Assembly (NCBI RefSeq): GCF_009914755.1
Contig: NC_060929.1
DNA from: the human T2T-CHM13v2.0 reference genome, Homo sapiens
DNA length: 64,000 nucleotides
Strand: one strand, 5' to 3'
Below the pieces are notes generated by a model that saw only the letters and a program-made list of their open reading frames with translations, was not told the origin of the DNA and made no database searches. Positions 13,365 to 28,399 of the stretch are shown one piece after another (positions within the stretch are counted from its first letter, which is position 1; each line of letters opens with the position of its first letter). A program made the translations under genes and the position numbers.

Positions 13365-14057
13365 CACATAGAGTATTTTACTTCCCTACCGGCATTAAGC
13401 AAAGCATGGCCCTTTGGTTAGGTCTGGTCAATTAAACAGAAACAGATGGGGGACACCAATGTGTGATTCTTTATGTTTTGTTTTGTTCTTTTCATTGCTC
13501 CAGATGACCAAAAGTGCCTTAGTCTGCTTGGACTGCTATAACAAAATACCATAGACTGCATAGCTTAAACAGTAGATATTAACTTCTCAGAGGTCTGAAG
13601 TCTGAGAACAGGGTGCTAGCATAGTCTGGTTCTTGGAGGGGGCCCTTGGAGAAGGCTCTCTTCCTGATTACAGATGGCCATCATGTAGCATTGTGTGGCA
13701 ACATAACACAGAGAGAGAGCTCTGATGTCTCTTCCTCTTCTTGACACACTAATCTCATCATGGGGCCTCTCACTCATGACCTCATCTAAACTTAATTTAT
13801 TCCCAAAGTCTCCACCTCCAAATACCTTCACTTTTAGAGTTAGTGCTTCAACAAATGAATTTGGGGGGAACATATTCAGTTCATAACATTAAAATTCAAA
13901 TGGTAAAATGAAGGTGCCACTAAATCAGAGCAGCAGACATCTTCCCTTCCAGACCAATACAAGGCTTGTATGAACAAGGAATATATTTCTTCTCTGTTAA
14001 ACTATATTGATTTTGTGATACTTGTTACTATAGCATAACTTAAGTTCCTCTAAAACA
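13365..14057 (+). mobile_element. Old MLT1 (H/I/J-like) LTR, interrupted by an MLT1A LTR
   Basis: Diverged MLT1 motifs either side of the insertion; 3' end cttgttactatagcataactta...aaca. Confidence 0.45.
13515..13888 (-). mobile_element. MLT1A-class solo LTR
   Basis: tgccttagtctgcttggactgctataacaaaataccatagactg...ggggggaacatattcagttcataaca. Confidence 0.88.
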
Positions 14058-14829
14058 GCATATAAAGCTGGAATTAAAAGGGTGCTCTTTGGTTAAGAAT
14101 TCTGCTTATAATCTAGAATGGTAACTCCAGATAAATTTCTTGGGTTACAACTGTGTGAACCCACAGATTAAAATTTCTCTAAGTATTAAAGAACTGGGTG
14201 AACACGCATTGTTATATGATCTGGACCATGATATACACAAATCTTATAAAGAAGCACATATAATAACCAATGTTTGATTTATAACATAAAAAAAATAAGA
14301 CATTTGCTGGAAATTGAGCACTCCTAAGGTCATCATGTGTAAGTTTCAAATATCCAAATCCCAGATTTCTAGTAAGGAAAGCAGAAACATAAATCTAGAC
14401 ATCCTCTTATATGAGGGGTGCTCTGGGGGTGTCAGGTTTGACATTATTTTAGCTAGTCACATGGCCCCACAGTACTTAACAGGGCACAGAACTGGCAGAG
14501 AAGTTAACGTTTTCCACAAAGAGTGAAGGAATTAGTCCAACTATTCACTGTTTATTATTAGTAGCAATAGTAAGCAAAACAAGTTATGTTCATGCGAACA
14601 TGAATGCTCTTCCAACTCACTGTCAAGCTGAAAGTTTATACAATGCAATAAAAAGCCATTCCGTGGCTTTAAAAAATCAACAATAATAAAAATAAAGAAA
14701 AATTTTAAATAAAAGCAAAAAATACTGACACTATCTGGGACCTGGACATTTAATATCATTAACGTTTTTATCAATTGGAATAACTTTTGTTCAATGTATT
14801 GTATTTTAGGGAAAACCTAAAAGAAAATA

Positions 14830-15210
14830 TTTTCATGTCCTAACCCCTGCACCTGTAAATATTAATATGTTACTTTACCTGCAAAAAATACTTTGCAGAT
14901 GTGATGAAGGATGCTGCAATGAGGAAGCAGCAGTTAGAGAGGAGAGAAAATGCCATGCTGCTCGCTTTGAAGTTGGAGGAAAGAGGCCACAAGCCATGTA
15001 ATGAAGGAGGCCTCTAGAAGCTGGAAAAGGCCAGAAACTCCCTTCCCGCCCCAGAGCAGACAGAAGAAACACAGGTCTGTCTGCACTTGCATTTTAGCCC
15101 AGTGGAATTGATTTTGGACTTCTGCCCTCTAGAACTGTAAGACAACATGTGTTATTTTAATCTCTGAAGTTTGTGGAGATTTGTTAGAGCAACAATAGAA
15201 AACTAATACA
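14830..15210 (+). mobile_element. MLT1C/D LTR (internally deleted)
   Basis: catgtcctaacccctg...tttgcagatgtgat...gcctctagaagctggaaaagg...aaactaataca. Confidence 0.85.
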
Positions 15211-15360
15211 GATTTTAGCTTTTTTAAAAATTTTTTTTACTCATGTTGCTTTCAGTTTTAAAAAGTTCTAAAGATTGCCAGTCTTCAGTAATTTGGTATT
15301 TCAACTTGCTCTGTGTAATTAAAATGTTTTAGGAACTTTCATTTCAAAATTCCTCAATCA

Positions 15361-18300
15361 GAAGGTGGGGAAAGTTGACAGAATAGAGGCCTATACTGTT
15401 CGTCCTCCCACAGAACATGAACTTTAACAACTATGGGTACATAGAAAAGCAGCCTCAGAAGAACCAAAAATCAGATGAACAATCACAGTACCTGGTTTTA
15501 ACTTCATACCACTGAGAGAGGCATTGAAGAGGGTCTGCACTACAGACAAAATGTATCTAATAGATATTTATAGAACCCTTCATCCAATGGCTGCAGAATA
15601 CTCATTTTTCTTTTCAGGACATGAATCATTCTTGAGGATAGATTTTATGTCAGTTCACAAAACAATTCTCAAAACATTAAAAAAATGAAGTACTATCACA
15701 GATCAATAATAATAATAATTTTGAAAACTATACAAACACATAGAAATTAAGCAATATGCTCTTAAATGACCAGCTGGTCAATGAAGTAATTAAGAAAATA
15801 AAAAAATAAATATTCAAATAAATGATGATGGAAACGCAACATATCAAAAGCTATAGGTTACAGCAAAAGTAGCACTAAAATGGAGATTTACAGCTATAAG
15901 TGCCTACATCAAATAAGAAAAACTTTAAATAATCTAATGATATATCTTAAAAAACTAGAAAAGAGACAATTGAAACCAGAATTAGAAGAAATAATAAACA
16001 TCAAAGCAGAAATAAATGAAATTAAAGTGAAGAAACCAATATTAAAAATCAGTAAAACAAAAAAGTTGTTTTTTTGAAAAGATAAACAAAATTGACAAAT
16101 CTTTAGCCAGACTAATGAAGAAATAAAGGGAGAAGATAAAATCAGAGATGAATAAATAAATAAAATAAGTAAAATCAGAGATATAAAACCAGACATTGGA
16201 ACTAATACCACAGAAATTCAAATGATCATTACTGGCTACTATGGACAACTATATGCCAATACACTGGAAAATACAGAGAAAGTAGATAAATTCTTAGACA
16301 TATACAACCAACCAAGATTGAACATTGAAGAAATCCAAAACCTAAACAGACCAATAGTAAGTAAAATATTAAAGCTGTAATAAAAAGTCTTTCAGTAAAG
16401 AAAAGCCAGGGACCCAATAACTTCACTGCTGAATTCTACTAAGCATTTAAAGAAGAATGAATACCAATCCTACTCAAACTATTCTAAAAAATAGAGAAGG
16501 AGGGAATACTTGTAAACTCATTCTGTGAAGCCAGTATTGTCCTGATACCAAAACCAAACAAAGACACTCAAGAAAAGAAAACTACAGGGAATATCTCTGA
16601 TGAATATAGATGCAAAAAGCCCCAAAAAGGTCTTTCATCATGACCAAATGGGATTTATCCCAGAAAAGCAAGGATGTTTCAACATATACAAACCAATCAA
16701 TGGGATATATAATATCAACAGAATGAAGAACAAAAATCATATGCTGATTTCAATTGATGCTGAAAAAGAATTTGATAGAATTCAACATAGCTTCATGATA
16801 AAAATCCTCAAACAACTGGGTAAAGAATGAACATAGCTCAACATAATAAAAGCCATATATGACAGACCCATGGCTAGCATCATACTGCATGGGGAAAAAC
16901 TGAAAACGTTTCCTCTAAAATCTGGAACATGACAAGGATGGGCATCTTTACCACTGTTATTCAACATAACACTAGGAGTCTTAGCTACAGCCATGAAACT
17001 AGACAAAGAAATAAAGATCATCCGAGTTGAAAAGAAACAAGTCAAATTATTTTGTTTTGCAGATGATATGATCTTATATTTGGAAAAACCTAAAGACTCC
17101 ATCAAATTTTACTATAACTGATAAACAAATTCACTAAAGTTGCAGGATACAAAAACAACGTACAAAAATCCACAGCATTTCTATATGACAACAGTGAACA
17201 ATCTGAAAAAAAAATTGACCCCGTTTACAATAACCTCACATAAAAATTAAATAGACAGGAATTAACTTAACCAAAGAAGTGAAAGATCTCTACATAAAGA
17301 CTACAAAAACATTGATGAAAGAAATTGAAGAGTACACCAAAAATGCAACGATAGCCCATGTTCATGGATTGGGAGAATCAATATTGTTAAAATGTCCATA
17401 CTACGAAAAGCAAACTACAGGTTCAATGCAATCCCTATCAAAATTTCAAGGACATGCTTCACAGAAATAGAGAAAACAATTCTAAAATTTATATGAAAAC
17501 ACAAAAGACCCAGAATAGCCAAAGCTATCCTGAGCAAAATAAACACTAGAGGAATCACATTATCTGACTTCAAATTATACTATAGAGCTATAGTAAGCAA
17601 AACAGCATGATACTTGTATAAAAACAGACATATAGACCAATGGAACAGAATAGAGATTCTAGAAACAAATTCACACATCTACATTGAACTCATTTTCAAC
17701 AAAGTTTTCAAGAACATACACTGGGAAAAAGACTATCTCTTCAATAAATGCTTCTGGGAAAACTGAATAGCCATATGAAGAAGGTAACTAGATCACCATA
17801 TCTTGTCATATACAAAAATTAAATCAAAATGAATTAAAGTCTTAAATTTAAGACCTGAAACTATGAAATTACTACAAGAAAACATTGAGTAAACTCTCCA
17901 GCACATTTTTCTGGGCAAACATTTATTGAGTAATACCCCACAAGCACAGGCAACCAAAGCAAAAATGGACAGATGGGATCACATCAAGTTAAAAAGCTTC
18001 TGCACACCAAAGGATACAATGACAAAGGTGAAGAGACAACCCACAGAATGGGAGAAAATATTTGCAAACTACCCATCTGACAAGGGATTAATAACCAGAA
18101 TATATATGAGGTTCAAAGAACTCTATAGGAAAAAAAATCTAATTAATTTAATCTAATCTAATCTGATTAATCTAATCCAACTAAAAACGGCAAAAGATTT
18201 GAATAGACATTTTTCAAAGGAACACATACAAATGGTAAACAGGCATTTGAAATGTGCTCAACACCACTGATCATCAGAGGAATGCACCCCTGTTAAAATG

Positions 18301-19143
18301 GCTTTATGCAAAAGACAAGCAATAACAAACGTTGGTGAGGATGTGGAGAAAAGGGAGACCTTGTACAGTTGGTGGGAATGGAAATTAACACAACCACTAT
18401 GTAGAATATTTGGAGGTTCCTCAAAAAACTATAAATAGAGCTACCATAGAATCCAGCAATCCCACTGCTGGGTACCCAAAAGAAAATAAATCAGTTTATC
18501 AAAATGCTATCAGCACTCCCATGTTTTTTACAGCACTGTTACCAATAGCCAAGTTTTGGAAGCAGCCTAAGTGTTCATCAATAGATGAATGGTTAATGAA
18601 AATGTGGTACTTATATACAATGGAGTAGTATTGAGCCATACAAAAATGAGATCCTATCATTTGCAACTACATAGATGTAACTGAAGGTCATTATGTTAAG
18701 TGAAATAAGTCAAGCACAAAAACACAAACATCCCATGTTCTCACTTATTTATGGGAACTAAAATTCAAAATAATTAAACTCACAGAGATAGAATAGAGGG
18801 TTAGTTACCAGAAGCTGAGAAGAGTAATAGTGAGTGGCTGGAGGCAAGCAGGGCTGGTTTATGTATACAAAATAATAGTTAGAAAAAATGAATAAGACCT
18901 AGTACTTTATAGCACAACAGAGTGACTATAGTCAATAATTTATTTGTACATTTTAAAATAACTAAAACAATATAATTGGATTGTTTGTAACACAAAAGGT
19001 GAATGGTTGAGAGAATGCATACCTCATTTTTCATGATGTGATTATTATGCATTGCATGCCTGTACCAACGTATCTTATGTATTCCATAAATATATACACG
19101 TACAACATACCCACAAAAATTATGAATTAAAAATTTAAAAAAT
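15361..19143 (+). mobile_element. L1MA2/3-like element: first ~175 nt of the 5' UTR joined to a degraded ORF2 and 3' UTR
   Basis: 5' UTR motif agaaccaaaaatcagatg...cagtacctggttttaacttcata; ORF2 remnants including RT (tttgcagatgatatgatc = FADDMI at ~17055) and MNIDAK, KLKSFC...[14 protein letters not shown]; L1MA2/3-type 3' UTR; many stops and frameshifts. Confidence 0.93.
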
Positions 19144-19501
<358 letters not shown>

Positions 19502-21451
19502 CTAAATTCTACATATGTTATGGTATGAAAAAAAATGGATTTCTGCTAATCTCAGGGAATTCCTTCTTATGCATATGTGTAAACTTCCTGTAATTTTGCC
19601 ATTCAAAGCAGAAAAACAGAGCTAAATAGAGAAATGCTAGGCTACATTTCCATAGAAGGAATAAAGATAGTTTAATATTGCAGAATATATTCCACTGACA
19701 ACACATACTTTATTTTAAACAACTTTCCCCATCTTCACAAGAAATACACGAACTAAAAAGAAATAGGTCTTCTTGTGGGTTTTGACGTTTGCTTATTATT
19801 TTTAAGAACTTCTGTTTGAAAAGATGCCCCCTGACAGAGACAAACCTCAATTCCTACCAAGTGTGATATATCCAGCCACTTTTAAAAATATTTGAACACA
19901 ATGCTTTTTAAAACAGGCTGTATCTTTCAGCCTAGAAGCTACAGCAGACGTTTTTGCTACTTTTGCTACTAAAGGCAGTGCTGGTGGAACTGCAGGTGGC
20001 ACAGCCTGAAGCCAGATTAAGTGTCCTCCTGCTCCTTCTGCCCTTTTCTGCTATTGCTGCAGACTGGCAGACACTTCTGGCAAGGCCGTCATGATCATGG
20101 AGTTTTCATATTTTTCCCTACAACTGAGAGAAGTCAATGAGTAACAAGCAACCTGCTGATAGTCAAAAGACACTAAATGTCTCCAAGGCCAAAATATCAC
20201 TTTTTTTATGGACACATGAAAACTCTCTCTGAATTAAGTTGATACGTTTTCTCAACGCTTCATATTTACTTTGTTTTTAAATCAACTGTAAGATCAGTAG
20301 GATGGAATTGGACAAAGGTAATGATCCGTTGTTTTCATAAATTTTAAAGAATTTTTTAATTCATAAAGATTACATTGATCCTTTCAATTTTTCAAAATAT
20401 AATATGGTTTTCAAAAGTTTGTGATAATGTTAGCATGCCAAATATCACTCAAGATTCATGGGCATTATTCAGTCATATAAAAAATCCTTAAAAGCACCAC
20501 TTTCATCATCTGACAGTTATACTGACCAAAAAACTGATCTCTACTGAAGCAATGAGAAGTACATTAATCACCCTGACATGTCTATTAACTAGTCCCCACG
20601 TACCAGACCCACCAAGATGCTGTCAGCAGCTATTCCACTGGTGGTAATTCTGGCAGGCTCTGAGATATTACAAAATGCTTGCATAAATATCACTTCACTC
20701 TCTTGGACTCCCAAGATTCAGGCATTCTGACTTTGGAAGAGCATGGAGGATGTTATTGCATCATTATTTTAAATTTCAAAGTTAACTTCATTATTTTCTA
20801 ATGCTTAAAGCATAGACTCTGAAAAAAACCAAGTTAATCAAAGGATGATTTTGAAACTATTCAATAGTGGCTTTTCATTGAATAAAACAGCATCACATTG
20901 AAAGATAAAAATTCACATATATTGTATATTTCTCAATCACGTGTATATTATGTTTTAGAACTTTTTTCATTATAATTGAAAATACATATTATTGCTAAGA
21001 CATCCATTTTTAATTTCTCAGGTATCATTAATTTTTAAATTGACCTCCTCAAACCATAATAGATTATGAACATAAATCTTAATGATTAGACAAGTTCTAA
21101 ACATACCTCATATGACTTCATAAATAGGAAAAAAAATCTATATAACAGAAATTATAAAACACACGGGATGTTCCAGAAGTCATTAAAATGGAAGTGTATG
21201 GTTAATGCTAAATAATTTCTTATTTTCTTTCTAAGATGGCAGAGTTCTACCCAATTTATAAATATGCTTAGCTTACCAATAAACTTCCTCAGAAAACGGG
21301 TGACTGCAGTATATCCTAATAAAAGTATATAATAGACAGATGTTAGGATCTTCCTTAATCCAGTTGTTTATTAAAACTATAATGGAATTGAAATTTCAAG
21401 GAAAAGTTACCGCATATAAAAAGTCAATATTTAAGCTTTCAAAGCAAATTG

Positions 21452-21512
21452 TGTATATACAATATATATGCATATATATGCATATAAATATATAAATATG
21501 TATGTATATATA
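21452..21512. repeat. TA-rich simple repeat
   Basis: Direct reading. Confidence 0.8.
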
Positions 21513-22800
21513 ATTTGCTTTATTAAAACAAAACTATCTACATTTTTGAACTAGAGAAGTAACAAGCAAAAGCAAAAATCAGTCCAATAAAGACTAGAAT
21601 ATATTTTTCTACTTATATTGCAATAAAAATAATAAATGACAGAAAATGCTTAATCTCTGCTCAGTCATAATAAAAGTTGCCTTTATCTCGCACTACTTTC
21701 GTAGCTTACTTTTTAACAATGAACACATTCTGTAAGCTATGTTTATTAGAAAACTCTTGCTCAATACATTTCTCATGATAGTGAATGTAAAATAACTAGA
21801 TACTGATAGCCTGAGAGACTTTTCGCCATGGAATATTACATTGTATTGAGGAAAGAGGGGCACAGCACTTTGCTAGAAGGGCTCAATCAAGTGTGTACTC
21901 TAGAAAACAGGGGCTTTACTTGTGAAGGCATTTAAAAATATATTTTCCATTGCCAAAATCCACAAAGAACACTGATTCTGTGGAGGGACACAGCTCCCAA
22001 AAAGAATAAAAATGTAGTTCACCAATGTTACTAAAACAAAAAGTGACTGTGTCAGATAGTTGTTCAGGAGTTAACGAGAAGTGAAAACAGTCTGTGATTA
22101 GTAATAAGAGTCCTGTTGCAAGAACCAGACATCACAAAATAGAAATCTTGAGATAAGACAGTTTCAGACCAAGAATTCTGCCTAGCCAAGATGATTAAGC
22201 ATCATTACAAGCTATTTAGAGAGAAGAACAAGAAAGTGAATTTGTAAAACCTGTACATTATATATAGCATTGTTCCTCAATATTTTATCTACCTTCTGTG
22301 TGATAAATTAAACATGTTAGCCCTCCTGTAACAATGTCTAGATATTCTTATAACGGAAATTCTCATTTGTGTCTCCAAATCAGACAATATTCTGTCAAGC
22401 TTTACTTCCTTTTTTGTATGTATTATATGTATGTATTATAAATAATATTTTAAGCGTTCTAAATATAAAATTATGTAATATGCTTTTAGAAATTTTAAAT
22501 GTTCCTCTTCACCACTGACTGTCCGACAGACTTTGAACACTTTAGGCAGATCCAAATGTTGTACCTTCAGCCTATAGCACAATACCTGGTCCTCAAAAAT
22601 GTTTGATCATAGGAGAAAGCATGAAGAATAGGAAGAACAAGTACAGCAATGAAAAAATGTGTACCCTAATAATTGTATGGAGATTAGCTGAGAATCTACA
22701 GAAATTAAAGAAAAATTTCTATTTCAACACAGCCAATTGGCTATACATACATATCATCTTACTCTAAAAACCCTTCTAGAATAATAGCAAAAAATTACAG

Positions 22801-23094
22801 GGCCAGGTGTCGTGGCTCATGCCTGTAATCCCAGCACTTTGGGAGGCTGAGGCAGGTGGATTGCTTGAGCTCAGGAGTTTGAGATCTGCCTGGGCAATAT
22901 GGCAAAACCCTGTCTCTACAAAAAACACGAAAATCAGCCAGGCATTGTGGTGCATGTCTGTGGTCCCAGCTACTCAGGTGGCTCAGGCAAGAGGATCACT
23001 GGAGCTGAGAAGTCGAGGTTGCAGTGAGCTGTGATCATGCCACTGCACTCCAGCCTGGATGATAGAGCAAGACCCTGTCTCAAAAAAAAAAAAA
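22801..23094 (+). mobile_element. AluJ
   Basis: Dimeric Alu with J diagnostics (ttgcttgagctcagg, gaggatcactgga, gaccctgtctc); TSD aaaaattaca. Confidence 0.95.
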
Positions 23095-23706
23095 TTACAA
23101 AACATGAATTGTCAAAAACAAAAGTAGTATCAAAAATATCAGTGAACAAAGGACTTCAGCAAATATTTGGAAGATGGCAGCTGATAAATTAGTAAAGTTT
23201 TCAGAGACAAAAACCTGAAATGCCTTCAGAGGCCAGCACTTAATGAAATGTAAGCTGATAAGGCTTTTGGAAATATTCAGATCCAAGGCAAGCATGAATG
23301 ACCTTGGAGACTGAAAATAAGGAAATTGATAGAAAATTTTCATATAGAGATATTAGACTCCTTGGGTCCCTTCTAGAAATTTGTGCTCCAAATTTGAAAA
23401 AAAAATAATAGAGATTAGGTCATTTAAGAATGCAAAGAAAATGTATTTTCCATGCATGCCATTTTACAAATCAATTGAATAGAGGCAAACCAAGAAAAAT
23501 TGAAAATTGATAATCTAAGCAAACAAGGGATTTAGCAAAGAAGAGATCCAGAAAAACAACCTTAGAGCATTCCAAAGGTGAAATCAGTCTGCATGTGACT
23601 AGGAAAGTAGATTGTTCCAAGGAGAAGATCACCAAGGGGAAAAAATGGCTTTGCTAGCTTATCTGCTATGTTTGAGTGTATGGCCTGGGGAAAGCATAAG
23701 TAGGCA

Positions 23707-24276
23707 TGTATTAGGGTTCTCCAGAGCAACACAACCAACAGGACACATAGAGATTAATAGAACTGGCTAACACAGTTATGGAGGGACAGAAATCTCATGA
23801 GAGGACTTCCGCAAGTTGGAGAAACAGGAAAGCTTGTAGTGTGACTCGGTCTACATTCAAATGCCTCACAATCAGGGAAGCTAATGGTATAACTCACATC
23901 CCTTCTCAGCCCAGTCCGAGGCAGAGGGCCCAAGAACCTGGGGTACTGCTGTTGCAAACTTGGAGTCCAAAACTGAAAAACCTGGAGTTCCGACGTTCAA
24001 GAGCAGGAAAACAGTGGCTGAGTCCAGAAGCATGCACGAAGGCATGCAAGACAGATAGAAAGAGAGGACTGTCTTTATCTTTTAGTTCTGTCTTGACCTC
24101 AGCCCACTAAACAGTGCCCATCCAGATTTGGTGAGGGCAGATCTCCCTTACACATTCCACCAAGTCACGCAGCAGTCTTGCAGAAACGCCCTCACAGACA
24201 CACCCAGACATAGTGCCTTACCAGCCATCTGAATATCTTAATTCAGTCAAGTTGAAATCTAAAATTAACCATCCAA
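23707..24276 (-). mobile_element. MLT2 (B/C-like) solo LTR, ERVL
   Basis: tgtattagggttctccagag...cagtcaagttgaaatctaaaattaaccatc; TSD aggca/aggta. Confidence 0.9.
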
Positions 24277-24759
24277 AGGTACATGACAGATTCTACATTA
24301 AATAAATAAAGCTAGGTACATAGAAAATTATGTAAGTTCAAAAAATAAATTTTACTGTCAAAAGAAAAAGTTGAACAAGTAAATAAAATCACAGTATATA
24401 CTTTTCCCTGCATTGAATAACATAGATAATTTAAATATGAATTATTATTTAAATAAAAATTTACTAAAATATTTGAAAAGATACCCAAAATATTATAAAG
24501 AGAATTTACTTCTAGATGAAGATAGTGGAATAGATTTTGGAAAGAACCATTTTAAGGTACTCACATATTTTCTGTATACATATGTGAGGGTCTCAAATAG
24601 GATAACATTGTTTTCTGTGCAACAAACATTGAGGTAACAGCTAAAAAGTCTCAACCTGACACTATCAAATATTTTTGTTTGAATAATATATGCATAATTC
24701 TTAACAAATAAGTACATATGCTTCTTATCTTTCAGTTTATAATGAATTCAGTACTTGAA

Positions 24760-26000
24760 TAGTGATACATAGATCCTGTAGTGTGGAAACATCAAAAAAC
24801 AACTTTCCTAAACGCTGGCTTACAAGGATGCTACATATCCAAGTTTGGTGCTAGGGGCAGGAGGAAAATGGTGGATTCTTGCTAGACAGGTGTCTACTTT
24901 CTGTGTAAAGATGGATAAGGTAAAAGGATTTACATTCTTCCCCCTGGTCCATATGTGTCATAGAAAAGTATTAAAATGTGTATACACAAATAACTATATC
25001 ATGAGGCAGACCTACTTCCTGATCAATAGGTCCAATCACATACTAATATAATGAACTAGAATAATTTAGAGAATGGGAATGCAACCAAGGCCCTTTCAGG
25101 CCAGATAGTGACAGAAGGTCACAGAGTTGGAATAGCTATGAGATAGGTCAGTAAATGGCTATGGAAATTGGAAGCCTGCTGTTGGTGGTGGTATTTACTA
25201 AAGGGTACACAGGGGAAAAAACAGTTCTCCAGATCAATAATTGCACACTGGGTAGCAAATACTATGTTGACTTGCTCTAGTCAAGAAAACCCAATGAATG
25301 CTACATTAGCAATTGGAGTTGCTACATGATACAGGTGATAATCCATTGTCAATCTCCATAGTCTATCTCCTTTTTGCATAGATGAGGGGGGTAATTAGAA
25401 TAGGATATGGTAGAAATCACTACCCCTGCATTCTTCAATTCCTCGAAGGTAGCACTGATTTCTCTGGACCATTCAGGAATACATACTGCTTTGGGTTATC
25501 TAGTTTTGTAGGTGTAGGTAGATCTAGTGCTTTCAATTTAGCTGGTTCTACTGTAATGGATCTTATCTCACTAGTCAGATAATCAATATGAAAAATACTG
25601 CTCCTTGCTGAGTGTGTTTATTGTATACTATGGTTTCAGAAACTGAGAAAATAACCATTGGATGTGTTTGAGGACCAAATGATTCCGATGTAAAGTGAAT
25701 CTCAGACCAAAGTCCATTTGTTACCTGGCCTTCATATACCCCTAACCCAACTGGCTGGCTGGACAATAGACTTTTCAGACACTAGAGTCAGTATAGAATT
25801 AAATTCAAGTAATTCTGTAGAATCTTGGAGAATCTCGGAAGAGGCAGCATGAATAAAACAGTACCAAGGATCTCTCTGGGTAACATCTAGTTATTAGAGT
25901 AACCACAGATTCCTTGTCTCTGAAAATTACATGCTTCAGTTTTAAGGCTCCATCATCCTCAGTGGATTTATGGAGTCCATTGTGGTGGCTAATAAGGATG
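24760..26000 (-). mobile_element. ERVL internal fossil (protease and N-terminal RT)
   Basis: ORF 25575-25766 (GVYEGQVTNG...GPQTHPMVIFSV) resembles the HERV-L protease (GAYGGQVING...GPRTHPVVISPV); antisense 25230-25350 resembles the RT segment MTVDY...LLEQ.N...IDL. Confidence 0.8.
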
Positions 26001-26002
26001 AT

Positions 26003-26960
26003 CAATTCTTCATATGTTCATGACCATTCCTGTGACTTCTTTTGTTACTCGTTCAAATGTTTTGTCCATTTACTAATTGGGTTGTCTTTTTAGTTTTGAC
26101 TTGTAGATGTTCTTCACATACTCTGAATATGTTATTTTTCAGACATTTATGTCAAATATTTTCTCTTATTCTTTGGCTTGACTTTTCACTTTCTTGTGTC
26201 TCTTTAGAAGTAAAAATTTTTAATTTTTATGAAGCCCAAATAATTTTTTTTTTCATTTTCTATGTTGACTTATTTTTGAATGGTATCTAAGAAATCTTTC
26301 CCTACCTCAAGATCATGAAGATATTTTTTCAGCTTTCATTTATTAACTCTTACTTTTAGGTCAGTGGTTGACTAATATTTGTTGAGTTTTGTTTTGTTTA
26401 AGATTAAGATTAAGTTTTGTTTCTCCATGGAGTATCATTTTTCCTTTATTTTTCAATAGAAATTATTAGTTATTTCTGTCTTAATTGTTGATATGATTTT
26501 CTTTCTGCATGGAATTACCATGGTCAGTTTGTTACATATCAACTGACTATATGTGGGTCTATATTTGGGCTCTGTCTCCTCTACTAAGCTATTCATCTAT
26601 TTTATGTGAATATCTGTCTTGCAACAACTGTCTATGTCACATTGTCTTGACCACTGTACCTTTGTACAACCTCTTAAAATTAGGTAGTGTAAATCCTCCC
26701 ATTTTATTATGCTTTTCATGATTGTTTTGGATCTTCAAGAGCCTTCTAATTTCCAGAAAAAAAAATACAGATATTTTACCAAAAAAAAAAAAAAAAAAAA
26801 GAAAAGGCCTGCTGGAATTTTCATTCGTGATTACATTAACTATAAATCATTGTGGGGAGAACTGGAAGCTTAACCATATTGTGTCTTCTAATCCAGAAAT
26901 ATGGCATATGACTCCACCTATTTACATATTTTAAAACTTTCAGCAATGCTTTTTAGTATG
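26003..26960 (-). mobile_element. Old L1M (ME/MC) ORF2 fragment
   Basis: ttttgtccatttactaattgggttgtcttttta...aagaaatctttccctacctcaagatcatgaagata...ggtagtgtaaatcctcc. Confidence 0.8.
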
Positions 26961-27499
26961 TATTTCTATGTATTTTTCTTTTCCATTTCAAATGGGAAGT
27001 GGAGGATTAGAGAGATCTAGCAATTTACCTCAACACATGGGCAAAGCCATCTTTAACTCCAATGGATGCCCTTTCATAAAAATATTTAAGGAAATTAAAA
27101 ATTACCTAATCCAACTCCCCTTCACTTATAGCTGCAGAAGTGAAGTCTCAAAAATTAGAGGTGCCTGGGATTATCAACTGCATTCATATAAAAACTGGCA
27201 CCTACTTGCAGATATGATTCCCAAATTAGTTATTTTTCTGACGCATCCTGCTTGAAAATTTAAAAAGCATAAAAAGAGACTGAACTTTATAAAACACTAT
27301 GAGTTTTTCCCTACTTCTTCATCCAGCATCAAGCTATTCAGTTCTTATCATGTTGTTTAATAAAAGTGTCTAGCAGGTTCTTAAAAAGCTCTACTGGAAT
27401 TCATACCTTCTTATTATTAAATGACGGTATGAGGTAAAATTAAGTTAGAAGGGAAAAAAACACACCTATAACAAACACAGAAAAATGTAATATAAAGAA

Positions 27500-28143
27500 C
27501 TATTAGCTCATAATAGGGGATTAACTAATACAGGGTACAGGCAATGCTAAAGAGCAGGCAAACCATACATACAGGGAGCAGCCACTACACCAGGTCAGGG
27601 CTGACCCAAAGAAAGCACAAGAGAAACAAAGGTGTGAGAGGATACACCTAGGTAAGGCTCAGGCCTTGTTGGAGAGGGTGTATCTGTGGCCCACTTCATG
27701 ATGGAGTCAGCATGGTGCCACAGGCAAGGGTGGCAAGCAGAAATCCACCTACTGAGGCACCAGTGAAATTCCTGGGAAGCTGACTAAGGTACCAGTGAAA
27801 TACCTGAACACTGGGATATGGGTAAGACCTGCTGGGAAGCCACCCTCAGGGGCTGCTGAAGCTCACTAGGAAGTCACTCACTGGGGTGCAGGGAAAGTTG
27901 TTGAAGGTCACCCCTGGATGTCTCACATGTCACCAGCAGCAGCATGCTACAGGAACAAGAGAGAAAAAGCACAGTGCAACAGAGAATAGAAGCTCCTTAA
28001 ACTCCTTCCTCTGGCAGTGTCTTCTACTGTCCTATACCAGTCAGAAAAGAAGAAATGTTTATAGGGTCTGGGTCTACTATCACAAAGTAATATAAAGAAG
28101 GGCAGATTTTGAGTTGAGTAGCAATGCGCTGATAACCAGAACA
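27500..28143 (-). mobile_element. Ancient LTR-like element (family uncertain)
   Basis: Terminal segment gaaatgtttatagggtctggg...gaagggcagattttgagttgag...gataaccagaaca resembles old ERVL/Gypsy-class LTRs. Confidence 0.45.
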
Positions 28144-28399
28144 GTGACTAGGTAACATACACTCCCTTCACTGACCAAAGGATGCAGTAGGAGCAAATCC
28201 AAGATCAAAATAACAATCTTTAAAAACTGTGATATTTATAAAGTCATGATAAAATTGAACAGTAAATACAATGATTTAAGTATTGAGTGGCTCTAGATTT
28301 ATTAAATCATTCTATTCAAACGAAATTATTAAAGATCTACCATACAGAAGGCACTGTGTAAAGCATTATGGATTTAGAAATCATTGTGACCTAAGATCC

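Noticed and set aside
23100-23700. Possible HAL1/L1ME-type remnants (also ~47330-48060)
   Set aside because: Too diverged to call by eye; needs nhmmer
23707-26000. MLT2 LTR plus ERVL pol as a single provirus
   Set aside because: The MLT2 has its own TSD (aggca/aggta), so it is a solo LTR, and ~480 bp of unrelated sequence separates the two
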